From Eremomyces bilateralis CBS 781.70 (Eukaryota): a stretch of 64,000 bases of DNA. Shown here piece by piece: positions 1 through 12,332 of this stretch; the first letter of the stretch is position 1; each line of letters starts with the position of its first letter. Position numbers and translations under genes: made by a program. Under the pieces are notes generated by a model. It was not told where the DNA came from. It was given only the letters and a program-made list of their open reading frames with translations, and searched no databases. Location: the NCBI GenBank assembly GCA_010015585.1, contig ML975150.1; one strand, written 5' to 3'.

Positions 1-1130
1 GCACCCCGAATAGATAGTGTTCAACTTTTTGCGCAGACTTTCCCAAACACGTTGCTGTATTCGCCTGCCCACTACATTCGTCGCCCACGATGCTACGTGG
101 TCTCTGGCAATCCAAATTAGCAGAGTCATAGATATATGACGGGAGATGGATGGCTTACTCTTTGACCTCGCAGGCGGATATGTATTTTCCATTGCTATAT
201 TTCCCTGCCACAGCCGCGTAAAGCAGATTCCGGCTACCCACCTCTGCAGATCTTGCCAGCAGTGTTCGCACGATAGCAATAATTAACCACTGTACCCATC
301 CCGCATTTCTACTCAGCTCGGTGTTGCAAAGTCCAGGATTGACGTAGTTGATGGCGACTCCAGTTTCGCGATATGGATGAAGGGATGCGAACTCTCGCAT
401 GGCATATAGGAGGAGCAGCTTAGAGATTTCGTACCTGTGTGTTCATCAGCGAGTCGCTCTCTTTATTTGAACACTCACATTCTAACAAACCTCTTTCCTG
501 GCATCGGGCTTTGGCTCACCCCATCAATTAGGTCTCCGTCTATCTTCTCGAGTTCGCCTTTAGCCTGGAATGCTACCTCACTCCCAACTAGTACCAAATG
601 TGGCACGATCCCAAACTTCCTAGCGCTCTCTTGCAATTTTGGAAGTACCAGGACGGCCAAAAGCATCGTGCTCACGACATTCACCGTCAAAGTAGACTCC
701 AGTCCTTCCGCGATTATGCTCTCTGCCATTGCGATACCGGCATTCTCGATGATGGCGTCGACCCGATCAAGTGTTTCCACCTTCTTTACGAACTCTTTGA
801 CAGAGTCGTAAGAACTGAGGTCGAGATGCCACACCTCTATAACACCTTTTCGACCTGTTTCAGCCTCAATTTTGGCCTTTGCTGCATCACCTCTGCTGAG
901 AAATCGGACGGCGATGATGACTTTATTTGCGGACAAGGCGATGAGGTGTTTTGCGCATTCGTAGCCGAGACCTTGGTTGGACCCTGTAATCTGCTGGTAG
1001 TCAGGGAGATGTGATGCTTGTTGATCAATGGGAAACCAACAATATACGTCCCACCTGTGCAGTCCTGAGTCGTCGGAATGAGAGGAAGCTTTTTATGCTG
1101 CTCTCGGACGAAAGTAGTGAAGCTGGCCAT
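1..1130 (-). CDS. Short-chain dehydrogenase/reductase (retinol dehydrogenase-like); multi-exon, 3' end runs off the window start
   Basis: Spliced reading MASFTTF...GTYI|VTGSNQGLG (TGxxxGxG), ENAG, YxxSK region, VNPGLC; GT-AG introns join ORFs 837-1130, 475-936 and 155-400. Confidence 0.9.
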
Positions 1131-1586
1131 TGTAATGGTGGGATTTTATTTTTCTTTAGTTTCGTTTTGTGGTGTAGATGGCGAATGAATTGGTTAATGG
1201 TTCCCGCAACTGATGGGTTTTCCGGACACGATAGAAGCAGGTTCTTTATACAGTTTAACTACGGACATAATCTCTACACCGCTCTACTTACGACCTTTAA
1301 AGCCGCTTAAACTCCATGTTACATTATAAAGCATATAAAAAGAAATTTGAAGGCTGAGGATTATGGACTGGAACGGGATATAGGAAAATTTGAACTTTGA
1401 AAATCACCTTTGATTGTTTTCCACTTTTGGAATCGCGGGGTGGTAATTAGTGCAGATGCAATTCAAGGTTCGGGCCTAGTCGCAACAAGGATTGTTATAG
1501 GGACGGTTACGAGGACTCCGATTGGCCCTCATCCATCTTTGCAGAGAACAAGCTGTGATGTGACGGCTACGAAGCACTGCCTCGTA

Positions 1587-2165
1587 CTAAAGCTTATCCC
1601 TATTCTTTCCCTTTTTAGGGGATAGATCACCATTGTAAACTATATAAAGTAGCTGCAGGAACAGCCTGTGTCGCAGGCCAAAGGGACCGTGATTACTGAT
1701 TACTCTGTATTCTAATCTTGCCTTTCTATAGTTATCCCAACAGAAGGAGTTTGATTCAGAGAAGCTTATGGTCCGTTTGTTCAATAGGAATTCTACGAAA
1801 ATAGGCTGTTCCTGCAGGCCTTTCCAACAATTCCTGCTCTTCAGGATCAAGGCAAATCTTTCTACACTCTTTTGGAATCTAATGGTGTTTTCCCACTGTA
1901 TCGCTGCACCAATCAACAGATTGAGCGAAACCGCTATTTATCTCACAAAATGCATGGGATAGGATCTGTTAATTCTCATCTCTACAAGGATGATGGGCCA
2001 AGCCTCATTCAGCATGTCTTGGCATGTGAAGCCATGCCAAGAGATGGTATGCAAACTTAAGTTACGCCTTGGAGCGTACGAATCAGAACTAAAGGACGGC
2101 CCGATCAAACGATGGTCTCCGAACACGGAAGTAGTTACGGCAACGATACAGTTCATCCAGGACAC
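1587..2165 (-). pseudogene. Degenerate ORF of unknown family
   Basis: ORFs 1938-2165 and 1587-1916 are in the same frame, separated by a single TAA; TpA-rich context. Confidence 0.3.
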
Positions 2166-2197
2166 TGGAAGACTAGACCCAGGAACATGACATCCCT

Positions 2198-2256
2198 CTA
2201 CACCTTCTCTCCTACACCTTCTCTCCTACACCTTCTCTCCTACACCTTCTCTCCTA
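2198..2256 (+). repeat. Perfect 14-bp tandem repeat (CTACACCTTCTCTC)x4
   Basis: Units read directly at 2198, 2212, 2226, 2240. Confidence 0.95.
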
Positions 2257-2618
2257 GTTATACATTCCCTTCTACTAACTATATGGTCTCAACCCTCCGA
2301 TCCGACGCTGTGCCCGAGTAAGAGCAGCGTCACTCTAGATCAGAACCTAGAAGAACAGAGGCATCCAGCAAACTGACCATCTTATTCCCTTAGCACACTT
2401 ATAATACTTCCCTATGTTAGACACAGATATAGAAGTCAGTAGAACGAAGATAGAAAATGGGGCACAAGGCCACAAGGCACCAATGTATGTAATTAGTCAG
2501 CCTAGGTAGTTCCCCACATGGGCCTCGCAGAGAGGCCTGACGGGCGTATGAATCTCTCTCTCTCACCATAACACACAGATCCATTCCACCCACTAAAAAA
2601 CTCGGCACAGTAGCCAAA

Positions 2619-2836
2619 AAAACAAAAACATACAGCAATAGGAGTTCCCACGTGGTCACCCACCGTAGTACTATTCCATCTCTAACCTGCTTGAGTACGG
2701 CAGAGCGGACGGGATGCCCTATATTCAGGTTGATATGGCCGTATGTAGTAGTAATTGAAACTTTTCACAATATCAACCTAGCAATCTGCAAAATTCAACC
2801 AAACAAAAACAAAAACATACAGCAATGGGAGTTGCC
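2619..2836 (+). repeat. ~30-bp dispersed direct repeat AAAACAAAAACATACAGCAATRGGAGTTSCC (copies at ~2619-2649 and ~2805-2836)
   Basis: Direct sequence comparison. Confidence 0.85.
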
Positions 2837-3136
2837 CTATACTCTCCCAGCGGTATAAACGAGGTTGAAAACAGAGGGTCAATACCGCCGAAAGACGAGG
2901 GCCCGTCGAAAATACTCCCTGGTAAGGATCGTAAAGGTGCTCTTTCTCGCACTCCGTCAGAAGTCCTGTTCGCGGTTCTACAGTCTCGCCCTCAGTCCTC
3001 AGCCCTGTTCGCAGTTCTGTTCGCAGTTCTTTAGTATTCTCAAGTTCCAGTCCCATCGGTTTCGGAGGTAGTCGACGCTATCAACACTCCAAGAAGCCAA
3101 AGTTCTCTACATTTATTCTAAGAAACGTCTTTGATT

Positions 3137-4199
3137 ATGACGCCACGACGCACTATTAAAAAGGGCGAAGCCGGAGAGCAAGAGGCAAAAGAGCTTCTAG
3201 CTAGCTTCCAGGGCAAGCCCCTCGACGATACGGTCCCAGTGTCGGACAGAACTATCTACAAGCGCAGCTACGCCATGTGACTCTTCAAGGAGTACGGAAC
3301 ACCTGGACTTATCATGCCTATGACCTACACTCACATCCTCTAGATACGTTTGCGACGTCCTACACCGCGAGCCGGACGATACCTGGGAGCTGGTTATCCC
3401 TTTGCAGCTCTTCACCAGTGGAGGTAGCCTCAGCCTAGGATACATGTTGTGCCATTCTCCAGACCTATGTCTCCGACTCTTGGGTCTCTCGGGTTGCGTT
3501 GGGAGATCAAGAATCCGACGAAGTCCGACAGGTTAATCGAGTATTAACCGTCCTGACTTTGTGGAGAGCTCTTGTGCAGGAAGGAGACTAAGCAGTTCTT
3601 ACACCTAAAAGAAGAGAGAATAGGCACGCCGCGAGGCAATGGAGACTCGCTAATCCAAGTGGAAAACTGATTTCAGGACCCGTGTGGGAGATTTCTAATA
3701 TGAGGTCTGCTCTCTATTTCTACGGAGAAGGATACTAACGTCTCTGTAGTGGATTGTCCACGACCTTCCTTTGCTTACCGGTATCTTTAACGAACTTAAG
3801 CGCCGAAAGTGGGCCGCGAATGCTCAGGATATAGTAGTCATTATGCAGGCTCTCCTGAATCGACACCGCGATATCCTCCACTCTACGGCATAACTTAGCG
3901 ACTTCGCCATGATCATGCTCTATATGGCAATTGGTGGATTCTGGACTGAATGTCCTAGAAACTTGAAATATATAGACGTCAGGATAGGACTCGCCAACGA
4001 TGGGGGGAAAACGAACGTGTTCGTACGAATCCGAATGGCAGAAAACAAACTGCGAGTAGCTTCCCTGAAGCCTGTGAGCCCTGCGCGCGAGTTCACGCAT
4101 GGAATTCTCACGGAAAAGCCTCAACCAGTGTTATTGACTTCCCAGAACAATGAGCAAGGACAATCAGAAGAGACAGAATCGGAAAACGAGATGCCCTAG
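3137..4199 (+). pseudogene. Decayed, truncated DUF3435-like tyrosine recombinase (Starship captain-like)
   Basis: Spliced reconstruction MTPRR...YAM*LFKE|YVCDVL...LQTYVSDS..RVALG..LWRALVQEGD*AVLTPKRR..WRL..GPVWEISN|WIVHDL..QDIVVIMQALLNR..MAIGGFWT..LKYIDVRIGL; introns 3292-3343 and 3700-3749 (second donor degenerate); stops at 3278, 3589, 3891. Confidence 0.6.
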
Positions 4200-4692
4200 C
4201 CGAAAGTCGGCGCCTAGGGCCTAAGGATAGGAAAGTCTATAGTTAACAAGTTGATAAATGAATGGAATTCATTTAACATGGAAGGAACACTTTTACCATC
4301 CCCGCATACGTGAACAAGCAACATAAGTACATAACGTCCTTACCCTGATCAATAATGGGTCGCAATCTTATAGACTGATCGAAGAAAGAATTACAAGGCG
4401 ATTAAAGCTTGACAGGTTTACCTTCCCTGAACCTATCAGGGTATCCGGATTCGAAGAATTATTAAAGAACAAGATCACAGAGTGTGCAATACTGGATTCA
4501 TTAGATATTAGAGGGTCTCAATCAGCACGAACACCATCGGGGAAGATTTTCCTTTACATTATCCCTAAGATAGTAGGAAAGCATCAGATGATCCTACTGT
4601 ACTACTAAACCAAAAGTCTGCGCACAGACCCCATTCTCAGCTGAATATCTCTACACCCACCCCTTACTTAGACAACCAATAACTTTACCAAA

Positions 4693-5780
4693 ATGAGGTC
4701 TTTTGGCACAAAAATAAGTGGTAATCGAGGGCTAATAAGGAGTTATCGGCCGCTCAAAGAGTTGGGATTTTTCAGGCTGCTGAAGATGGGAAACCAAAGA
4801 CTGAAATCGCGCGGAACTTTCGCGTCTCTCGAAGCGCGGTGTATGGGACTCTAGAGAGGTGGGAAGAACATCAAACCACCGTATCTTTACCCCGTGAAGG
4901 GTGTCCCCATAAGCTATCACGCCCTGACGAACGGCATATCGTCCAAATCACACGTCGATTTCCTAAAATGGAGTATGGAGAGCTCCTCGCAGGTATTTCA
5001 TACCTCCGCAATTCTAGGAAGACTATCTACCGAACCCTTAAGAAATATCACCTTACGAAATGGCGAGCGAAGAAGAGGCCTTACCTGAAGCCCCACCACG
5101 CAAAAGACCGCCTCCGATTTGCCCACGAATTCCTTGAATTCGACTTCTCCCGGACCCACTCCACGGACGAGTGCTCGTATGAGAAGGGGGCGGGCGGTAA
5201 GCAGGTATGGGTATGGCGACTGTACCACGAGGCATATGATCCGCAAATGGTAGAGCCTAAGACCTCTGGCAAGGCCATTTCACAGATGATATGGGGCTCA
5301 ATCTCGCGTGATGGGAGGTCAGGCCTGGTGATCATGGATCGCGACGAAACCTCCGCAAGACAGGGATATTCCGCGAAATCCTACATCGCTACGTTAGAGG
5401 AGGGACTTCTCCCTACGTACGAACCCGGGGATGTTGTTATCCAGGATAACGCAAGGATCCATACGGCTAAAATCACCCAAGAATGGCTGGAGACGCACGG
5501 CATTTGGGTCATCGATTGGCCGGCCAATTCNNNNNNNNNNNNNNNNNNNNNNNNNNNNNNNNNNNNNNNNNNNNNNNNNNNNNNNNNNNNNNNNNNNNNN
5601 NNNNNNNNNNNNNNNNNNNNNNNNNNNNNNNNNNNNNNNNNNNNNNNNNNNNNNNNNNNNNNNNNNNNNNNNNNNNNNNNNNNNNNNNNNNNNNNNNNNN
5701 NNNNNNNNNNNNNNNNNNNNNNNNNNNNNNNNNNNNNNNNGGCGGTAATCAAGGCAAAAGGGTGGCATACGAAATATTAG
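4693..5780 (+). pseudogene. Tc1-type DDE transposase, frameshifted near codon 13; partly covered by an assembly gap
   Basis: ATG 4693 (MRSFGTKISGNRG) is out of frame with NKELSAAQR...HTH...TDECSY...QDNARIH...WPAN...KGWHTKY*; in-frame TAA at 4722 upstream of the main frame. Confidence 0.85.
5531..5740. other. Assembly gap (210 N)
   Basis: Run of N. Confidence 1.
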
Positions 5781-6737
5781 ATATTTCCCAATTAAGAAAT
5801 CAAAAAAGTAGACTGAATTTGCATTTGTATGTGTTTTGCAGCGTATCTCAAGATACGGTGTATAGCGATTAGATTTGGTGATTTTCGGGGGTGTGTGCAG
5901 ACATTTGTCTACTTAGTACATGTCTAGCAACCCCAATTCTATACAATGGTGATTACATATCAATGGTCTAAACACCATTACACCGACCGACATTTCCGTT
6001 CATTTGTAATGGAGTTGAGGAACCAAATATTGGCCTGGGCCATTGATATACAAATTGACGTCATAGTGATTGGTTAATACTTGTACGGACGGGGTAATAC
6101 CGATCACATACTCAGGATCCATGGAAGCAGGGCGGTCCGAAGAAGTCACCGGCTTGCCCATTCAAGGTGGCTTGGGAATTGAAAGGGTTCAGATCGTAGT
6201 TCGGCGGTGCGTCTGTTTGACAGTTGCGATGTCAATACCGACTGGTGTGCACTGAAACGCACGCAAAATAGGGGGTGGATTTCCGTTGTGGGGACACCGA
6301 CGGAACCGATTCCGAAATTCTTGCAGAAAGGGGACAACGATAAAGCGAATCACGCATGTGTCGTTGATGGAAAATCGGAAGGGCACTAAGCTCGTACATC
6401 CCGTCGTGCATCAATTATAAATTCGATTCCAGGTAAATTATGAGATGCCATGAGCCGCAGGGATGGGATTACGTGCGATATCTTATGGTAATCAGCCACG
6501 ACACTTAATTCCTTCAGACCCAAAATCATAACTATGAATATCGAATAGGGTAACTACGCTAAAGTGATTTATAATACACCTGGATTCAACAATATCTCCT
6601 CGTCGCATCCAATGGGTGCCTATTCGCCTTCGCAGGTGCAAGCCCTTTCATGCCCGGAGGCAGTCATCAAGCATTCCGAACACCGGGGCATCCAAGCGCA
6701 TCCAAGCGCATCCTCGTTCTTCTCCCTAGTAGACACA

Positions 6738-9700
6738 TCAAAGAAAGATAGGGCTCTCGCTCTTCCACTTCGACTCCCCCGTCTTATCCCGCCGCTCATT
6801 CAAAAACCTCTCCGCGAGTCGCTGCCCACCAGTCGACGGGGTGGATGATTCCGCGAGGGGAGGCGACGAAATGGGCGCGCGCCGCTGATTTTCCTTTCCA
6901 AGACGGCTCGGGGTCTTAGTCCGCTCCATCCAACTCGGCGTATGCGCCGGAGAGTTCGCTCCATTGCGTCCGCTGTGCGGTGAGTCGTTGTCGTCTTTGG
7001 GCGACAATGCAGATGCGTATGGTCCCGCGCGGATCCGTGTTAGTGTCTCATCTTCCTCGTATACGTTGGACGTAGTCCGAGGTCGAAGGGCCTGAAGTGA
7101 CATTGGACGTCTGACGCCGGGCACAGCTTGAGGAAGCGCGAGGTGCCGATTGGGAGGTGCATTCTCCTTATCTCGTCCGGAAAAGATCCTCGTATCTGTC
7201 CTGCGGTCGGTGAGCATCGGCGTCTGGCTCCGAGAGGGAATCCGAGGAGAATTGGAGCTTCGTTCACCATTATTCCGTCCGGCCTCGAACATTGGAGAGC
7301 CTTCGTTTGTCCGGCTCGCAGATCGCTCCTGCAACCGGGGCCGAATTCGTTCGACACGAATGATGGACTCCCAGTTGCTGACTTGCTTCTCATCTTGAGT
7401 CGTGTCTGTTGGCGTCTCAGCCCCCGAAGTGATGTCGTCAAGAATGGTTGGCTCCTCTTCAACAATTTCAGCATGCTCCCGACGGTGACCTGCTCCGCGT
7501 GGTGGCAGGGAGTATCGCTCCCACTCTTCGACCGAGAGTCCTTCGTTCGGGCTAGAGCCCAGGTCGGCCACTTCCTTGGACAACCATGCTTTCCAGTCCC
7601 GGCTACCTTCAGTAGGAGTCCGCCTATGCGGTGATGTCCTGGAGCTGAGAGCAAATGACTTCACTGGGCTACTCTCCATGATTACTGCAGTTCCCGAATC
7701 CCCATCTCCCAAGGGAGTGTCCCTCCCGTCTTGAGAGTAGACGCTTGGAGACATCACCGTATTCCTCAAATCCAGGGACACTTCCTGCGCGGCCATGGAA
7801 GGCGGTGGATTCGCTTCAATGATTCGGTCAAGCTGGCATTCCACGCTCGAGCGGAAATTTCCATGAGAGGTTCGCGGAAAGAAGAAGCTGCGGTCCTCTT
7901 CCAATGGAGCCTGCCATCTGTTTCGGTTCCTCTCAACGCGGGATGCAATCAGGCTGGTCGTAGGAAGATCTGCTTGCTGAGGCGCTCCACCAACTTGACG
8001 ACTAGTCGAGAGTTCCTCACCAAGCGCGTCATCCAGTTTGGAGTCCGCATTGACATCTGTCTCCGGGGTAACTTTGGCATAGCCTAATCCTAGGTCACCC
8101 TGCTCGTCATTAGGATACAGGCCTTCTAGAGATGCCGTTGAGAAATTCATCGCAAGCTCAGGAGGGACGGCGCGAATGGTCACTTGGCTCGACCTTGAGG
8201 CCAAAGATGCATCCTGTGACTGGCAATTCCTAGACTTCTGGCTGGGTAGAACCACATCCTCCTCCTTTCCATCATAGGAGATCCTCCTGACATGCTCATG
8301 CGCGATTCCGAGAGAGCCGTAGGCGCAGCCTTCTTGGCCGCACTCTGGATGTGTTTCCGGAGCAGGGGGTTGCTGTTGGTTCTGGCGCTTGGCCTCCTTG
8401 TGCTTTGTCAATGACATCAACGTGTTGTAAAGACTTCGTCCTAACTGAGATGGTTGGCTTGGTGGATGAGATTCGGGGATCACGGACAGTGGCCCATGCA
8501 TGCCCGAGTGGAATGGCGCATCGCGGCCACCCAAGTTGTCAGTGGGGATTGCAGTATAAGTCGAATCCGCCCAGGAAGTCACCCGCGATTTTTCTCCAGT
8601 GTTGGATAACTCGCTCGAAGTTGATGAAAGCTTCCGATGAACTGACGGGGAACTCGGACAAGCAGTCTGCCATGTAAAGGAAGTCTCGCTCGGTTGCCTT
8701 GAGGTCCGACGGCTGGCGGCATCGACGGCGGGCGATACGATGTCAGAAAGCGACCCCGTTCCGTGCCCAGACACAGGGGAGCCGCCGAATGTAGTGGTCT
8801 GCACGAAGTCTCCGAAATATGTGCGTGACGCTGTAGCTTGTTGGATAGGTAGGTGGGTCGGTGGAGAAGACGCGATCGACATCAGAGAAGTTCTACGAAA
8901 AAGCTGTTTCATTTTCGACTTCAAGGTAGATGTCATTGACAGTCGTTTGCCCTTGGAATGAAAGAGGGAAGACGATGCGGCTTCCGAACCAAAACCTGTT
9001 GCTGGGGAGGCGGGTGAGAACGTGATATTGCTTGGGGTGCATTGGGACTGCTGCTGTTCCAAAGCATCCGGCATATCGGCCGCTTGATAGGCTCCAGAAG
9101 AGTTAGGGGTTTGCTCCACACGTTGGCGCCGTCGAGTCTCCTCAGCCCACCAAGATTCCGTGTGGTTCTCGGCACTGGGGCTGACATCGTTCGCGCCAAT
9201 GAAATTGGAGTATTCCTCGCTTTCTGGGGAGATATTTGCTTCATGAGCGTCGAACTCATCAGAAACAACAGCGCCTTCGACGGCGGCTTCAGTCGAATTG
9301 TTTTGCGAGTTATCGGCGCGAGGTGCGGTGACTTTTGAATGGTCCTCTGTCTGACTGCCATAGACACTGCATCCCTTCGCGTTCGAAAGGGACTTCGATC
9401 GCCGTAGTGCGGCAGTGACGTTGCTCGCTCGAGATTCACTCTCTAAATCCGCGCGACTCATTCGTGACAGTAAGCTCCGTGTCCGGGACAACGACTTGGC
9501 GATAATGGGCGACGAACGCGCACCAACGCCATCGCAAGTGTACCCATCACGATCACGTCGATTCGACGCTGCGAGAGAGGGATTCGCCGACTGCCACGAC
9601 TTCAACTCGAGCGGCCTCCGATCGTGCTTCTTGACGGTCTGCCGGCGCATTTGCATTTCCCGCTGCCGCTCCATCAAGGTAAGTCTTTGCGGGGTCCGCT

Positions 9701-9941
9701 TCTTACCCACATCGGCTCGAGGCGTATACGTGTCTCGTTCGGTCACCTGCGCTCGCTCGAAGGCCCGGGTAGCGGCTGCGAGTGCATGCTGTTGTCGTGA
9801 TTCGGGATCCTCATACTTCGACTGTATTAGGGAGTCCTGGAAGCTCCGGCGAGTGGATGGAGTGGACTTCGCACGTCGGAGTCGCGCGCCGGCGTCGCTG
9901 GATGATCGAGCGAGCATTGAAGTATGTAGATTACAAGGCAT
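6738..9941 (-). CDS. Hypothetical Ser/Arg/Pro-rich, probably disordered protein (~1067 aa, single exon)
   Basis: 3.2-kb uninterrupted ORF; no domain recognised. Confidence 0.8.
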   Translation of the reverse strand: MPCNLHTSMLARSSSDAGARLRRAKSTPSTRRSFQDSLIQSKYEDPESRQQHALAAATRAFERAQVTERDTYTPRADVGKKRTPQRLTLMERQREMQMRRQTVKKHDRRPLELKSWQSANPSLAASNRRDRDGYTCDGVGARSSPIIAKSLSRTRSLLSRMSRADLESESRASNVTAALRRSKSLSNAKGCSVYGSQTEDHSKVTAPRADNSQNNSTEAAVEGAVVSDEFDAHEANISPESEEYSNFIGANDVSPSAENHTESWWAEETRRRQRVEQTPNSSGAYQAADMPDALEQQQSQCTPSNITFSPASPATGFGSEAASSSLFHSKGKRLSMTSTLKSKMKQLFRRTSLMSIASSPPTHLPIQQATASRTYFGDFVQTTTFGGSPVSGHGTGSLSDIVSPAVDAASRRTSRQPSETSFTWQTACPSSPSVHRKLSSTSSELSNTGEKSRVTSWADSTYTAIPTDNLGGRDAPFHSGMHGPLSVIPESHPPSQPSQLGRSLYNTLMSLTKHKEAKRQNQQQPPAPETHPECGQEGCAYGSLGIAHEHVRRISYDGKEEDVVLPSQKSRNCQSQDASLASRSSQVTIRAVPPELAMNFSTASLEGLYPNDEQGDLGLGYAKVTPETDVNADSKLDDALGEELSTSRQVGGAPQQADLPTTSLIASRVERNRNRWQAPLEEDRSFFFPRTSHGNFRSSVECQLDRIIEANPPPSMAAQEVSLDLRNTVMSPSVYSQDGRDTPLGDGDSGTAVIMESSPVKSFALSSRTSPHRRTPTEGSRDWKAWLSKEVADLGSSPNEGLSVEEWERYSLPPRGAGHRREHAEIVEEEPTILDDITSGAETPTDTTQDEKQVSNWESIIRVERIRPRLQERSASRTNEGSPMFEAGRNNGERSSNSPRIPSRSQTPMLTDRRTDTRIFSGRDKENAPPNRHLALPQAVPGVRRPMSLQALRPRTTSNVYEEDETLTRIRAGPYASALSPKDDNDSPHSGRNGANSPAHTPSWMERTKTPSRLGKENQRRAPISSPPLAESSTPSTGGQRLAERFLNERRDKTGESKWKSESPIFL

Positions 9942-10408
9942 ATGAGAGTTGAGATGATCAGAATCATGCTCTAGAAACTACTGGTAGGTCTTTGTTTCAT
10001 GAGTAGTAAAAGTCATGATGAGAAGAGGTTCTTGTTGCTTCATCAGATATTGACCGCGATATGACACCCGGTTCCAGAACAAGGAAAGGGCGATTTCGCC
10101 GAAGTGGCGAGTGAGATCATGAAAGGGAAGTCGCGAATCTAAAACACCTGCCAATGGCAGTAGAATGTAAAGGAACGAGAGGCTATAAAATCCATGTCGA
10201 TAGGAAGAATATGTGTACAGCTGCCGTGAGAACAGAATCGATTCGCTTTTGAAGATACTGGCAATGCTCGGGAACTGCCAGAGGAAAATCGTTGATGTCA
10301 AGACGCTAGGGGCAAGAAACACTCGCAAGGCTGACAGGGACGCTAGTCATCGAATTTCCGGAAACAGAAGAATTGACTGGAAGTATAATAGTGCGAAACA
10401 GCGTCTCC

Positions 10409-11838
10409 CTAATCTCTCCCCAACATCTCCGCGACATCATCATCTAGCCCATCCATGACGCCTCCATCAGCGAACGCCGTGACCTCTTCCTCTTTCCAGT
10501 CTCCGCTCCCCACTCTCCGCTTCTTCGTAGCGGAGGCGCTCGCGTCATGTACGAAATCGCCGGTGACGGCCGAGATAGGTCGGGTCTGTCCCAGATGTTG
10601 CGCGATCTGAACGTCAGGGGCAGAATCGGCATCGTTCTGCTGCGTGTGATTTCCCGTTCCGTTGGATCCTCCAAACGGCATCGGCGGCGGAGTCCCCGTT
10701 GGCGTGAGAGATTCGACCGGTGGCGGCGTGATGGATTCGTACTTCGGTCTCCGCGGCTCGTCGACGCCCGGGGCCAGCGCGTCAAGGTCGGTCGGATTCT
10801 CTGCGTTCAACCCCCGCATGATACTGTCTTCCACCTCGCGCTTCTTTGCTTCGATCTGCTCCTTTCGGCCCTGGAGTTCGAATTTCCGCACCTCCTCGCT
10901 CGCAAGGGCGGCATTATTCGCCTCAACGATCTTCTCCAGGCCTTCGACGAGCGCCTTGCGTGCCTTGATGCTCGCGCTGACGGCGCCCTCGGCGGTTGCG
11001 AGCGTCTTCAGTAGCGAACTCAGCCGTGCAGCGTGGACGGGAGGTGTTGGCACCAGAGCGGACGGATCCGTCAGCTTTTCGAATTCGGCTTCAGAGTTGG
11101 TCAGGGCGGGTTTGGCGCTAGAGTCGGCCTTGGTGAGGACGTTGTGCAATGTCACCAACGGCTGCAGTTCTGGCGGCACACCACCGCTGGACGATGAAAG
11201 GAGCGAGCCGCCGAGTCCTTGTTTTCGTGCCGGGCCTTGCGATTTGTCGATGTCGTCCACTTTCGCTTCGATCGCGTCTTGTACGGGCGGGTCGAATATC
11301 GCCCGGCTTCTCCAGACCTCGATCACGCGCCGGATCTTCTGTCGTATGTCGTTCGTGGCACTTTTGTAGGCATTGGCGACCGCATCGCCGAGGATCTGTC
11401 AGAGCGTGTTAGCTGGGTCGAATAACAGGTCAGATGCTCAAACCTACCGGAGCGAACGCCAGGACAAATTCGTTTTTCTTGCGCGCCTTCGATTGTTGGA
11501 TAACTTCTGTAGCATTCGTTAGTTGACTGGTTCTCGAGCTGTTGTCCCAACACCGGGAAGAACCGTACCGTTTGCGAGGTATATAAGATTCAACCTCTTG
11601 CTCGACGTCGACTCGGATAGCCTCTGGGACCACAACTGGGCGGTCCTGTCGGCATGGCGTCTGCAAGTCACCACGATGTTAGTAATTTGCTTCTACGAGT
11701 TTGACACCACATGGGGTCGCGAATATCGACATAGGCATACCTATGGAACATAATCCACTGCGCGACGGTGACGATGCCCTCCTGCGTCTCATTTAGAGCG
11801 GAGAGCTTAGCCTTAACGGCATCATCGGTGTACGCCAT
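10409..11838 (-). CDS. RTT103: RNA pol II CTD-interacting domain protein, Rtt103/RPRD family
   Basis: MAYTDDAVKAKLSALNETQEGIVTVAQWIMFHR...KRLNLIYLANEVIQQSKARKK; multi-exon; coiled-coil C-terminal half. Confidence 0.9.
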
Positions 11839-12332
11839 CGGATCGCACTTGGAGAAGACGGATCACAAGATGGGATCTACGAGATATTCGGTCCTCCTTA
11901 TCACGCTGTCCACTTCCTCCGTTCTCTAGGTAATCCCAGATCTGTCTGCTGCTTCCCTCTGATGAGCTCAACAACGTGCAATGGCCTTTCAAAGCGATAT
12001 GAATGACTGAATGTTTTGATCCTGTGAAATGAAATCCAACATGAAGTTCCAGGGACTAGAGCTTCCGTCAAACACTTTAAGCGGAGCCATGAGGCTAAGC
12101 CCCTTTCGACTAGCGCTGTTCTGGTCACTCCTGGAGCCGCATCTCCAATTGCTATGGAACTCTCATAGAAGCATCAAACCAACACTCAACTAACACTTGG
12201 ACACTTCACACCACTCTGCCATCAGTGCAATCATTCTGTTGTAACAATCGAACCTCCAGATTCCTCTAAACTAGTCATCAACCTCTTGAACCCCATCCTC
12301 CCGCTTCTGGTCCAACGCTATTAAATTCCACC

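Larger units (their letters stand above)
4602..5916 (+). mobile_element. Tc1/mariner DNA transposon with imperfect ~30-bp TIRs and TA target duplication
   Basis: TA at 4600-4601 and 5917-5918; left end CTACTAAACCAAAAGTCTGCGCACAGACCCC vs reverse complement of right end CTAAGTAGACAAATGTCTGCACACACCCCC; encloses a transposase. Confidence 0.85.

Noticed and set aside
2198..2256. CRISPR-like array
   Set aside because: Tandem repeats with no spacers, in a eukaryotic context
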